DNA of 64,000 nt from Lama guanicoe (Eukaryota), in assembly GCA_013239625.1 (NCBI GenBank), contig MU053881.1, positions 930,001-994,000 on the forward strand, written 5' to 3'. A program made the position numbers and the translations under genes. The notes beneath the pieces were generated by a model. That model was not told where the DNA came from. It did not search any database and saw nothing but the letters and a program-made list of their open reading frames with translations. Positions 48,877 to 61,619 of this stretch are shown here, one piece after another (the first letter of the stretch is position 1; each line of letters opens with the position of its first letter).

Positions 48877-49669
48877 ATATCTGTGGCCAGAGGCAGCAGA
48901 ATCTACCTAGGAAATGGTGGAGAGGCTGGGCCCTCCTGGTGCTGGGAGACATGGACCTGGGGAGTGAGGGAGAAGATGAGGAAAAGTGCTTCCAGGCCTC
49001 TGACTTGGGTGGATGGGTGGGTGGGAGGAAGGGTGAGAGGTCTGCTGACCAGGAAGGAGGAGCAGCTGGGAGGGAGGGTGTGTCACTGGGCCAGTTTCCC
49101 GGGAGGAGTGAGGCATTTGGAAGCGCAGGTTCTGAGCAGATCTCAAGCAGGGGCTCTCTGTGCAGAGGGCTGTGGGTATCATTGCCGAGGGAGGGTGGGC
49201 ACCAAAGGAGAGACAGTCAGGAGGAGGGATGGAACTCTTTGGCCCTTCACCACCACGGGGACAAGTCCCGGAGGCAGAAGAGACCTGAGAGGGGCTGGTC
49301 CCGTGCTTGCTAATGGATGAGAGAATTTCAAGAGGATGGGCTGGTGAGGTGGGAGGCTGCAGATCAGTGTGTGTGGGGTCCAGCAGCAGAGAGGGGGCTT
49401 TGCAGACGTTAGAGCCAGGTAGTGGGGAGTGGGTGGAAGCAAGACTGACAAGATGAGAGGTCCGTGAGAGGCAAGGAAGTGGAAGAAAGAGGGTGCGTTG
49501 TGGGGACAGAAGCCATAGCAGGGGGAGAGGTCCGGCTGAAGAGGACTTTTCCTCTTAGGATTTGAGTCTACGTATATGCGTGTAGTGGTCACATGTGCAC
49601 AATATGTGTGTGTCTGCTTGAACTCTGCCTCTTTGCATAGAGAATTTGAGGGGGGTCACTTAAAATTGT

Positions 49670-49817
49670 TTTTTAAGTTTTATTATTTTTTAAATTGAGG
49701 TGTAATTGACAAACATATTCGTGTCAGGTGTACAACAGAATGATTCGATTTTTTTATATAATGCAAAATGATCTCCAAAATAAGTCTAGTTAACATCCAT
49801 CACCATATATAGTTACG
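49670..49817 (-). mobile_element. L1 3'-terminal fragment
   Basis: TTTTAAATTGAGGTGTAATTGAC...TCAGGTGTACAAC...AGTCTAGTTAACATCCATCACCATA. Confidence 0.75.
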
Positions 49818-49909
49818 TGTTCAGAGGATCTTAGTTGGCTTGAGTTTGGTCATAGACGGAGGACAGGGATCTTGGAGAGAGGGAAAGTTTGAACATATGA
49901 AAGACAAAG

Positions 49910-50330
49910 GATGTATTAGTCAGTAGTTATTCTGCAAGTGCCAGAGCCAAATGAAACTGGCTTAGGCAAAAAAAAAAAAAATTATTGGTTAATAAATCTG
50001 GAAAAAAAATGCAGGGCTTCTGAGCTTCAGGTATGGCTGGATCCAGGTACTTAAATAAATGCTCAGTCCTTACTTTCTCCAGCTCTTGGCTCTACTCCCC
50101 TCAGTGTTGATTTCATTCATGCTCTTTCATTCACGCAGAAAAAAACGGCTGCAGGCTGCTGCCACCGCACATTCTCACGGTTTAATGACCCCAGGGGAAA
50201 CAACTTTTCTTTTCCAGTAGTTTCAGCAGTAGTTTCTGGATTTAATCTGGTGGACTAACTTGTGGCAAGTCTTTATCCCTGAGCTGTATTCACTGTGATT
50301 GGGTTGGCCTGGCCTGGGTCATATGCCTCC
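49910..50330 (-). mobile_element. Old MaLR LTR (MLT1J/K-like)
   Basis: TGTATTAGTCAG...GCTTCAGGTATGGCTGGATCCAGG. Confidence 0.55.
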
Positions 50331-53300
50331 TTTTCCCCCATGTGATCTGTCCCTGCTGTGGGATGTGCACACATGTGTAATGTGTGGGTGCATGGGATGC
50401 ATGTGTGCAGGTGCATGTATGGTGCATGTGGATGCAGGAGTGCACGAGTGTACATGCTTGTGTGTGCATGCATGTATGTGGTGCACATGTATGTGTGTGT
50501 GTCGAGGGGATAGCTGCTGGGCACCCACCGTCATAACTGAGAATAACCTGTGATCTTTCACAAGATGTCACTCACGGCTGGAGGAAAACAGAAGAAAAAT
50601 AACAGGCAGGGGGGAAGCGAAGTCAGCTTGCATCAGCCCTTTCCCCAAGTGCACGGTTAAGAAGGTTTTCCTGCCCAGTGGCCGACTTTGTCCGTGACCT
50701 GCTGCTTTGGGTTGGGGTCTGACCTTCCTGGATGGCCCCTCAGGTCTCCTGCCCCAGGAGAGGCCAGAGCTCAACGTCTTGGGGCCCAGGAGAGTGACAT
50801 CAGTGCTCCTCCCAGGAAGTCGCCCTGGAGGACAGCCCCAGCCTGAGCAAAGGGGCCTTGGCAGTGCCCCTGCCCCAGGCCCAGGGCAGGAGCTTTCTGT
50901 CCTCTGCTGGCTGCTGGGCTGTGCCTCTTGTCTCTGTCAGGTTTCAAAAACAGGAGGCCCAGTGTCTGCCAGAGCACCTATTGCATGCACGTGGTTCATT
51001 CCCGCCTCCCAGCCTTGTTAAGAACGGCCTTGGAGCAGCTGTAGCAGACTGAGTTCCCCAAAAGGGGTTTGTAGTGGGGCCCCTCCCTGCGTCCCTGTCC
51101 CTGTCTGCCCCGTGTCTCTCCCCCACCGCTGTCCCCTCCTCTCCCTGTCTCCTGTCTGGCTCCCCCTCTGCCTCTGCTGCCTCTCCCTGCTTCAGCCTCA
51201 TGCCGTTTTAATGAGGGCTTGGCCTCCTGTGCGCGGAGGCGCAGCGGCAGTGCATTTAATTAATAATCTTATGTTGCAGCTCTTCGGACTAAGCGCTGCC
51301 ATTTTATCCCCACTAATTGGAAGAGGCTAGTTAAGCTCTGAGACGCGTGGCCCTTTCTGCGGGGGACGTGTAAGCCCAGGCTCTCCATCTGGGTGGCCGG
51401 GCGCTGCGGGCCCTGGGGCGGGGCTGTGTGCTAGCAGGGCAGAGGGGTTGGCCTGCCCCACCTGCCGGGCCCAGGGAGGGCCCTTCTGCTCGTGGCCAGG
51501 GCAGCCATCTGGCCCAGGATGAGCCTGCCTGAGACCTGGGGAGGGGCTTGCGGGTGGGGGTCCTGCTGGAGGGCAGGGATTGGACTCCCTGTTGCCCATT
51601 CTTCGTGTCCCAGCTTCACGCCAGCCCTGGGCACGGCCCCCTAGGGACCCCAGAGGGCCTCAGTCTACACCTGCTTGCCGCTCACTGTGGCCCAGCCCCA
51701 TCCCCACCCTGCGTGCTGGCACCACTCCCCTCACCTGCCCACGGCGTCCCAGCTGGTGCCGGCCACATGGCAGGTCCTCAGCTAGATGCGTGCTGAGACC
51801 CATGTCTTTCCAACAAATAGAAACCCCGAGCTGCACTGGCAATAAGAGAAACATACCCCAGGGCTGCGATGCTGTGGGTCCCCTGTGGGCGGGCGGCAGC
51901 GAGGAGGCTGGTCTGCGATGTGGAGGGGGAAGGAGCACCTGGTGGGTGGGTGCCCACCCCGTGCTCCAGGCCTTGGGGTCCCCCCGGGTTGCAGGTTTGC
52001 AGGCCGCCAGCCTGTGAGATAAGCAGTCTGAAAGCACCTCTGTGTCTGTCTGGAGGAGAAAATTCAAATGAACTGCGTACCCGGGTTGAGCAGAGCAGCG
52101 TCCAGTGGGGAGGTGGAGGCGCTGGCACAGGTGTGGACGAGGCAGGTAGGGAGAAGTGGAAGGAGGAGTGGAGGGCAGGGTGACGCACAGGTGAGGCACA
52201 GGAAAGTGCGTTTACGTAATACTTGTGTAATTAACACAAGCAAGTAAGTGAGGCTTCCCTGTAACTGCTGGGGCACGTGGTGTTGGATGCCGACAGCATT
52301 CCTGGAGCGTCCCAGTGTGTGCGTCCCGCCAGTGAGCCCAGTGGTCCTCCACGGCCACCCAGCTCTTGCCTCTGGTCTAGGGCATGAGGTCCGGCTTCCG
52401 TCCCTCAGTTGGCCTCCCCTCTGGACAGCTGGGTGGCAGCATGGTGATGTGCGACCAGCGGGGAGGGACGCCCTCTCAGCTCCTTCGTGTCCCTTGGGTC
52501 TCCCTTCCCTGTGGACGAGGCTCACTGTAGACGGTGTCACTGCCTCCCTGGACCCCCACCTGCTTGCCTCTCTCCCTCTCTATGTGAAGCTGGGCTGTGG
52601 GCTTCTGGGATCTTCACACTCCCTTCCTGTTGCATTGGTGACAGAAATTGGGGTCAGAAGTGCACCACCCGGGCAGGCTGGCCGCGCAGTGTGACACTGT
52701 GTGGTGATGTCAGCTGCTCCGCCAGTTGAGCCGGTCTTCAGGGACCAGGACGGCTCTAGCCAGAACCGAAGCCCGGGTTTATGAGGAACTACCAGGAAGC
52801 CATCTGGAGGAAAGGAACCAGGGTGCTGGGGGAATGGCTGTCCGCTGCAGACTGGCTCCCGCCTCCGGGCAGAGCCGGCAGGAGGGCTGGGCCCTGCTTC
52901 TGTCCTTGCATTTCTGCCCTTGTGTGTTGCCAAGAATTAGCTGGCATTTCTTTCTTTCCTTCCTTTCTTGGTTTCTTCCTTCTACCTTTCCTTCTCATCC
53001 TCCTTTCCTCCTCCTCCTCCGTCCCTCCCTTCTTTCTTTTTCCTTCCTTTCTTCCCACTCCTTCATTCAACCGCATTTCTCCATCCTTCCTTTGTCCAGG
53101 CCTTGTGGACACTGTGAAGACGCAGTGTGAACCGGGAGCACAGTTTCCTGGAGACAGTGTGCGGAGGGTCTGAAATGCCATCCCAGGGGGTGAGGGGGTG
53201 TTCTGTGGGTGGACAGCCTCAAAGGGACCGAGGCAGGAACCTCCCATGTCCATAGTGGAGTGAGCCTCTGATACGATGGCTGGGACTGCCTACTAGGTGC

Positions 53301-53399
53301 CCCCCAACTTCAGCTGTTTAAGTGTCCCCAAGGTGCTGCCCCACTGGGTCCCTGGGACTCTTCTGTTCTGGGGTGGCCTCTGTTGCTGGCCGCCCTCCT

Positions 53400-53850
53400 C
53401 TGTGCTGTTGTCACTCTGGCCTCAGGAAGGGGCCGTTCCCCCTGTGATCACCCCCCACACCCTGCCAGATTCTTTTCTTGGATTCTTTGCAAATACTGCT
53501 TCCTGGTGCTCTTGTCTGTCACCCCTGGTGCACATTCCTCCATCCCGGAGCTGCATGTCTGTCTGAACGCGTTCCTCTGTGCTGACCTGCTCTTTCTCTC
53601 TGGGAGCTGTCAGAACCTCCTCTTTGTCTTTGATATTCTTGGGTTTCATGATGTGTCCGGTGGGTTTCTTCCTCGGGTATGTCTTGATCAGCTCTGAATC
53701 CGTTTAAGGTGAATCTTTCATCTAATTTGGGGTAATTATTGGCCATTAGTTCTTCAACTGTTTCTCTTTGTCCCCGGCCCCTTTTCTCCTCCTGGGGCTC
53801 ACCCACATCGTTTAACTTTCCTCATGCGCCTTCTCTCTCTTAATCCCCGG
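53400..53850 (-). mobile_element. L1 ORF1 remnant (frameshifted)
   Basis: Two minus frames give EELMANNYPKL and KNIKDKEEVLTAPREKEQV, matching the L1 ORF1p motifs EEIMAENFPNL and KDKEKILKAAREKKQV. Confidence 0.7.
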
Positions 53851-56134
53851 GCATCCAGAGGGAGCGCACCCACCGTGCTGCTCAGCTCCTGAGCTGGCTG
53901 TTTGGCCCGTCTGCCCTGCTGTGTAGCTCAGCCTCTGGACCCTTTTCCCACTACACCCACGTGTCGTCCGCAGGTCTTCTGTAGCGGCTTACTCCTGCTC
54001 CGTGTCTCCAGTGCTGTTGATTCTCTCTCTGAGAATACAGATTATCTTTACTTCAGTTCTCCCTCATCTGTAGGCTGCTCTGGGCATGGTTTTTCTTTTA
54101 AAGCACCAGTCCTGCTCCGAAGCGACCGCTCTCCCCCAGGGAGTGTGACTTCATCGCTGTGTGGGTGGAGGGCTCACGACCCTTTCAGTGAGTGGGAAAA
54201 CAGAGGTGGGCGGGAATGTCCTGGAGCTGGCTGGTGTCCCACGCCTGGCTGGTGCGCCTGCTGACCTCAGCTTCGATTTCCTGACCCATGATCCTAGCTC
54301 CCTGGGTTTAACGATGGTGGGAAATGAATGCAAGTTGGGAACACCCCCACTTCACTGACAAGAACGCAACCAACTGGCCCCAGGACCTTGACACGACCCT
54401 CATGTGGTGATCTGGTCTCGGTGCATTCCAGAAGGTGGGGTATTTACTTTTGTCCATAGTCGCCTTGTGATATGCATCTTGGGTAGGACTCTGTGGGGTG
54501 GGCTGGAGGCTGTGCTGGACGGGCAGGGCCTGCATTGAGACCCTCGGAGGAATAGAAGAGAGAGCTGTGCGCCTTGTGCCGAGGCAGGGGCAGGGAGAGT
54601 GGGCGGGGAGCGGTGGCAGACAGTTGGGAAGTGGAAGGACCGAGCCTTGGGGACACGAGTGGGAGGGAGGAGGAATCCAGGACAACCCCCATGCTCCTGG
54701 CTTGCGTGGCTGGGAGGGGGGCACACTGCTGACCGTGCTCCCAGGGAGGGGAAGGCAGGGCAGAGAGAAAGTGGGGAGCTTCTGTCTGCATAGTCTGGGC
54801 TTGAGGCTCCTAGAGCCATGCTGAGGGTGCATGTATGTTCCTGTGGCTCTTGGCTGGCCCTGGCACAGGGAGGTGTGGGGACCCCAGCCCGATGAGTGTC
54901 GAGTCAGCCGGACCAGAGGCTGAGGCAGGGTGTGGCCAGGGTGTACAGAGGCCCTGAGGGCTGGTGGAAGGGGGCAGCTCCCCAGAGCCAGGGGCCTGGG
55001 TTCTGGCCCCGATGGGCTCTGTGACCTGGTGGGCACGTTGGCCCCTGCAGGCCTCATTTCCCCCATCCATAAAACGGGGCCGTAATCCAGTGGGGACGTG
55101 GCAGAGTCCATGCTGTGAGAGGACGGACAGGCCTGGGGGCTGCGGAGGGGTGAGCAGGCAGGAGGGCTCATGAGCCAGGGGGTCCAAGTCAAGCCTGGTG
55201 GGTTTACTACTCTTGTTTCAAAAGGGAAGGGAAAACAGTGTCTGTGCCACGATGTGGGAGGAGGAGCAGCCTCGGTCCCTGCCCGGCTCCCTGCATCGCC
55301 TTCCACCGCCCGCACTCACTTAGCTCAGAGCTGGCGCCCGCCCAGCTCCGAGTGAGACGTGGCAGCCAGGAGGCTGAGGCCCCGCCAAGCCCCAGATGGC
55401 TGGCGAGAGGTGCTTCCCGAGAGCTGAGCGAGACAAGGACCGGGGCCGACCTGGCAGGGAGGGGACAGGAAGGGCCCTGGGGCCCGGAAAGTGCCGTCCC
55501 TGGCCCTGACTCTGGCACAGCCTCAGAGTGGGTGCAGGAGGTCGGCACTCGGGTGGCCACGGGTGGCCGTGTGTGTTGGGGAGGGGGGGGTGCAGGGAGC
55601 CCCCATCAGGTTCTGGTCAGGAACCCCTGGTGCCAGGACTGACACCCTGGCTCTGGTCAGGGGACCCCCCATTGGCACCCCCTCTGGCTTAGTGCGAGTG
55701 CATGAGTATGAGTGTGTGTGTGCACGCGTGTGTGGGTGTGAATGGATGTGAGGATGCAGGCAAATGTGAGCGTGCATTCTGAGTGCGTGTGTCTGTGTAT
55801 AAGTGCATGAACGGGTGTGCATGTGTGAATGTGAGGACGCATGCTTGTGTGAGAGTGCCTGGGGGGCGTGCCTGGGGCTGAGCATGTGCACGTGTGTACC
55901 CCTTCCTCATGGGCCGTTCCCGAGAAGGGGGCCCCTGTGGGGCTTCAGGCTGCTGCTTCTGGCGGTTACTACTGTGCCTTTGAGCTCCCTTCTAGTGCTG
56001 TTTCTTGGTGTGTCAGGTTTTGACATTATCTATTGACTTCTTGCCACGGAGGATGAGGATTTAGCTCCCTGACAAGCCCAATCTCCTAGAAGAGTTCTGC
56101 CACCAGTTTAGTCCATATTGAGGTTCCATCTTTG

Positions 56135-56616
56135 ATCAGTTTCCCGTGGCTGATGTGACAGATTACTGCCCATATAGGCTTAAACAACAGAAATGTACTC
56201 TCTCCCGGTTCTGGAGTCCAGAATCGGCGTTGGCAGGGCTGTGCCCTTTCTGGAGGCTCCAGGGGAGAATCCGTTCCTTGCTTCTTTCAGCTGCTGGTGG
56301 CTGGCACCCCTTGGCACATGGGCCCATCACTGCTGTCCCCAAGGCCCTGCAGGATCTGCAGTGTCTCCTGTGTTCACATGGCGTCTCTCTGTGTGTCCGT
56401 CTGCCCTCCCTTTGCCTCCCTCTCGTCAGGAAACGGGCATGTGATTGCATTTGGGGTCACCCTGATAATTCGGGATGGTTTCCCACCTCAAGATGCTTAA
56501 TCTAATTGAATACATGGAGTCCTTTGCTGCCCATATGAGGTAACAACATGTACAAGTCCTGGGAACTAGGGCTGCAGCGTGTCTTCGGACCGCACCCTGT
56601 GGACCTTTACACAACA
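56135..56616 (-). mobile_element. MLT1 LTR
   Basis: GGCTTAAACAACAGAAATGTACTCTCTC...TTCTGGAGGCTCCAGGGGAGAATCCGTTCCTTG. Confidence 0.8.
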
Positions 56617-57638
56617 CAGTTGCATCTTTGCTGCTTCTTGCATCACCAGGGAGGCGGCTTTGGATCCCTCCCTTAGTGTGATTGGGGTCCCAGCGCCCAC
56701 TCTATCCCCTCCCCACCTCCGTCATCTCTGCCGTCCCTTCTGCAGGGCAGGCAAGATGTCCGCCGTCCAGTCCTCCATGTGGCCAGGCCTTTGCCGACGG
56801 GCTTACGCTGATCCCCCGTGTGCTGCTCACAGCCGGCTGGACCTGGCCGCTCACTGCGCCCCGGAGCAGTGGCCACGCCGACCCCGGGCCCTAATGTTGT
56901 GGAAACCAGCGAGAGCACTCGGAGAGGGGCTGGGCTCGCGGCCGCGCTCAGGTCCTTCCAGAGGTCAGCTCCTCCGGGCCGGGAGGGCCGGGGTCTGAGC
57001 AGAAGCAGGGATGGCTTTCCTGCTCAGAGAAGTTGGGGAGGATCGACATCCGAGCAAGCATCTGTTGAACATACGCATCTTTCCCTTATATAATCTGGTC
57101 TGGAGAGTGGTTTGGAAAAATTGTTTCCTGTTGCCGTTGAGACGGTGGACGGCAAGCCCTGGTCCTGCCCTCAGGGGGTCCTTGGCCCTACCCCAAAGTG
57201 GAAGAGGGGGCAAAGGCTGGGAGGAACGAGCCAGCAAGTGAGCGGCAGTGGCCTGGGGCAGGTGAGAGGCGTGGTTCCAGGTGCTGGGTGGTGGGGATGG
57301 GTGGTCTGTCTGGGACAGGGCCTCCCTGACTCTGCAGTGTGGCCTCGCTCGGTGTGGCACGGTGGCCCTCTCACCGTCACCAGGAGGCTGATGGATGCCC
57401 TGGAGGTCCCGCTCCCCCAGGGCTTCCAAGCCTCCGCTCCTTGGTCCTCCCAAAGCCTCTTCCAGGCCAAGGGAGTCCACTGATTTTACAGCCAGGGAAA
57501 GTGAGGTGGGGCAAGCGGGAAGAACTTCACAACCCAGGCCACACTGCTGGCCAGGTGGTGGGAGGCGGGTTCTCTGCCAGGGGCCTCTGCTGACCTTCAC
57601 GGGGCCCTGGACGGTCTGGAGTGGCGTGTCCCAGACTT

Positions 57639-58185
57639 AGTTTAAATTAAATTTGATTATTCTTTTAAATAAAAAGTATTTATTTTTCAGGCATACATGG
57701 TGACTTGATGCACATATGCTTAGTGAAATGATACTATAGTAATCATAAGGGTGGGCGGATGCATGAAGGTTTGTGATGTATATGTATGCATACAATGGCA
57801 GAATATTATTTGATCTTAAAAAAAGAAAGAGACCCTGCCATTTGTGACAATGCGAATGAAGCTGGAGGACATTGTGCTGCATGAGATAAGCCAGACAGGA
57901 AGAAAAATGCTGCGTGATCTCACTGATAGGGGGAATCTGGAAAAGTTTAAATACACAGAAGCAGAGAGCAGAGCAGTGGTTACCAGAGATGGGGGGCTGG
58001 GGGTGGGAGTGGGGAGCTGTTGGTCAGAGGTACGATGCTGTAGTTATGCGGGGTGAGTAAGGACAGAGATCTAATTTACAGCATGCACATTGGAGGTAAT
58101 AATTCTGCACCAGATCCTGGAAATTCTCTAAGACAGTAGATTTCATGTGCTCTCACCACACACACACACACGGAAAAGTTACTAC
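57639..58185 (-). mobile_element. 5'-inverted (twin-primed) L1MA-type insertion
   Basis: 11-bp TSD GTCCCAGACTT (57628-38 / 58186-96). Antisense 3' terminus at about 57640-57745 is joined to a sense-oriented 3'UTR segment at about 57746-58185. Confidence 0.75.
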
Positions 58186-58350
58186 GTCCCAGACTTTGGT
58201 AAAGCGTCAGATCACCTGGGAACTTGTGACAGCGCAGGTCTCAGTTTGCAGGTCTGGGAGGCAGCCGCGATTCCTCATTTCTAGCAAACTCCCAGGTGCC
58301 ACACTGTGATCTGCGGCTGCTGACACACCCCCTGGGCCCACCACCCCGAG
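58186..58350. mobile_element. MER5A-like element (target of the L1 insertion)
   Basis: CCCAGACTT...CAGATCACCTGGGAACTTGT...CATTTCTAGCAAACTCCCAGGTG. Confidence 0.55.
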
Positions 58351-59029
58351 GAGAAGGCAGTTTTCTGGGAGAAGGCTTCACCCCTTCCATCCCCATCAGC
58401 GCACTGTTGGGGAGAATTTATTCTGTGAATACAGTTACAAAGAATTCCTTCAAAGTATTTGTCTAGGAAAAGAAAATGCTGGGATCTATTGCATGGGGCT
58501 CTCAGGGGTGGTTATCACGCCGCAGGGGTTCCCTGCAGCCCCTCGCCCACCCGCACCCTTGCTCTGGGAACGGTGGTGGCTGCCTTGTGCCCGCCTTCTG
58601 CCTGCCCGTGGGGCTTTGCAGCTTCCTTCCAGCTGGCGTGCAAGACCTTTCCAGCTGGTATTTCAAGTGCTCTCTCCCGGCGCTGCTGAGTTCTGTGGAT
58701 CCTCGAGGCGGTCATTTGTCAGATGGTCCCAGAGCCTCCCGACATCCCTTCAGATTATTCCCCCGCTGCTAAGACAGTCCGTGTCAGACAGCTCCCAGTG
58801 CCTGTCTTCCACTTCCAAGCAAGCAGCCTGAATGTTTTGTAAACCAGAGAGAGTTCAGAGCACCGGGACTCTCAGTATACACATACCTTTTATACTTCCT
58901 CTTGTGCATGCCCTGCTCACACCGGAAGGCAGTGAACTTGGCCCACTGTGTGACAGTGACCTTGAGAAGGAAGCCCCACGCAAGTAGGGGAAATGGAGGC
59001 TCCTAAGGTGAAGTTACTTTCCCATATTA

Positions 59030-59500
59030 ATTGAGTGCCTCTGAGGTGCTGGGTGCTGGTCTGGGGTCCAGCAAGGAAAACTCCACTCTCCTGAGATCTT
59101 CTGGTTGGAGGGCAGATGGTGACCCAATTAAGAACCCGTATGGCGATTATTGGGAAATGGCGTTATGAAAAAAATAGAACAGGACGGCAGGATAGAACGT
59201 GACAGGGACAGGACACTTATAGGTAAGGTCCTTCTGAGGAGGTGACATTTGAGATGAGACCTGGACTTCCAGGTGGAAGGAACAGCAGGTGTAAAGGCCC
59301 TGGGGCAGGAGCTAAGTTGAAGTGTGCCAAGGACAGAAAGAAGGTCTCCGTGGCAGGAACTTTGAGTGAAGGAAAGTCAGGTGACAGGGCAGTCACGTTG
59401 TGGGAAGCCTCTGGAGGGTTTGGGGGCAAGTCTGATTCATGTTTCAGAGATTCCGTTGGGCAGCTGTGTGGGGAATGGAGGTCACATGGGCTCACGTGCC
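59030..59500 (-). mobile_element. L2 LINE fragment
   Basis: CTGAGGAGGTGACATTTGAGATGAGACCTG...GGAACAGCAGGTGTAAAGGCCCTGGGGCAGGA. Confidence 0.7.
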
Positions 59501-60469
59501 CTGGCTCCCGGCCTGGAGTGCTCTGTGGTGCTGCCTGCAAGCGGTGCAGCCTGGCCAGGGCAGCCCCTGTGGCACGGTGGGCTCTGGGACCAGTCCCCTC
59601 CAGCTGTTGAGCCCTTGTGGGCAAAGCTTCTGCTGTGCTACAGAGCTGTCCTCGCACGACGGGCAAGGCCCAGCCTGGGCCAGCCGGATGCTGCAGCCCT
59701 GGGGTGGCTGATGGGCTCCACAGAGGTCGCGATGCCCTTGCAGCCTCTGCTGGGGTGGATGGCGGTGCACGGCAGGGACGGGTGACTGGGGGCGGGGATG
59801 CAGTGCGGGCGCTGGCAGTGCGGGGCTTGGGCTGGCTGGCCACTGGTTCTTTTGAGGGTTCACCTCCTCTCTTGGCTGCTTCTGGTGAATGTTCATCCTT
59901 TCCTACGTGCTGGGCTCCCCGACTCACCCCAAGGACCCAGGCCCAGGGTTGGCACTTCTGGGGCTATCACAGGGGAGGAGCTGGCTTCCTGGGGTGGACC
60001 CCTCAGCTCATTCTCCACCCAGCAGCTGCCTGACCCCCGTCTCCCTGGGGGCCTTTCGCCCAGCTAAGCTCCCTGAACCCCCGGGCCCTAGATCCCGCTG
60101 GGCCTTGTCACAGGACAGGCGCTGGGACTTCCAGGGTCCCCTCCTGAGCGCGCCCAGCGCAGACTGCTGTCCCAGTGCAGGCGCGCCTGGTGCTACGGGA
60201 GGTGATCTCACAGCTTTGTTTCTCCCGGGGCCCAGTTCCAAGGTCGGGTTCATCTGCCTGGCTTTCTGCTGGCGTGGGGCCTGGCTCTGGAGATTAGAGG
60301 TCCAACGGGGCGGGTGGACGGAGCGGGGGCTCCCTGCCGTCCTGCGGCCTGCTGAGCCAGACAGCCCTCCCGGAGCTGCCTTCCCGCAGGAACACAGGCT
60401 TGGAGGAGTTCCCTGGGGCCTCTGCCGGCTCCCAGGCTGCCCCGGCCCTGAGGGTCTGCGAGTGCTGGA

Positions 60470-60882
60470 GGTGTGTGAAAGTATGTGAAAGGAAATATGA
60501 GTATGTGAGCTGGGAGAGTATGGTGAGTGGTGTGTACAAATGTGTGCCTGTGTGTGTGTGTTCGGGTAGTAGGTGTGAGTGTGCATTTGTGTATGTCTAG
60601 TGTATGTGAGTGTGTGTTTACATGTGTGTTTGAGTGGCGTGTGGGCATAAATTTGTGGTATACGTCCATGTGACAGTGTTTAAGGTACGTGTGTGAGGTT
60701 GTGCACTGTGTGTGTGTGTGAGCCGTGCAGGTGTGTGTTTGCATGTGTGTCCATGTAAGTGCATGTATTTCAGTGTGTGTATAGAGTGCAATTATGTGCA
60801 CGTGTGAGGTATGGTGTGTGTGTTTGGTGTATTTGTATGTCTGTGCACCTGAGTGTGATTGTGTGTGTGTGCACATGTGTGC
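60470..60882 (+). repeat. Degenerate (TG)n low-complexity tract
   Basis: Similar tracts at about 15780-15895, 26055-26300, 35245-35390, 50363-50502 and 55695-55900. Confidence 0.9.
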
Positions 60883-61619
60883 TCCACACTGCCAGGCCGG
60901 TTTGCTCCCAAACACAATTGTGCCCTGTGGTCTGGGGTGGGGCACCTGCCCTGAGCCCTCCTCCCTCCCGTCCAGCACTGTCTCGTCTCAGATGCGGGTA
61001 AGGACTAGGAATCCTGTGTGTGCATCCTGGCCTCCCCCACGCGTCCCTGGGTTGCCCTTGGAGATTTCACAGCAAGGTCTGAAAAATTCTAATTTCAATG
61101 AATTCATCTACTTTCATTATATTTTAATCACCCAAGTCATTTGAATATGTTCTTGCAAAACCTACAGCTGTGCAGATTAGGGCAAAGCCCTGGCCGGCCC
61201 CGCCCAGACTCTTGGTCCCCACCTCTCTGAGGGAATGGGGGCACTGGAAAAATTTCCTCCTAGATCTTTTTCTGTGTTTACATGCACCTAAATGTGCTTC
61301 GAGAAAAACGTAGAGAATTGTTTGTGTATTTCTCTCCTTCCTTTAAAAATATTACATATGTATTTAAAACACATTCTATAATTGCCACTCTGTAATTTGC
61401 ATTTTTTGCTCAAAAATAAATCCGAGGACCTAAGCCACGTTGATGTGCAGAGACTGAGTTCCTTTTGCAACTCCCCCCACCCCACCCAGCATTATCGCGT
61501 GGACACCACAGAATGTTTAATGAGCCCCTGTGGTTGTGTCTGGGTGGCATCCATGAGCCACAAGGCAGCCCCCTGGGGACTCCCTGTCCCAGTGTGGGGT
61601 GGGGGAAGAGCCCAGCTTT

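Noticed and set aside
54308..55315. 335-aa minus-strand ORF and similar long GC-rich ORFs (42571, 47311, 59217, 60250)
   Set aside because: Pro/Ser/Gly-rich or His/Thr repeat-derived sequences, no domain similarity, and no splice support seen.
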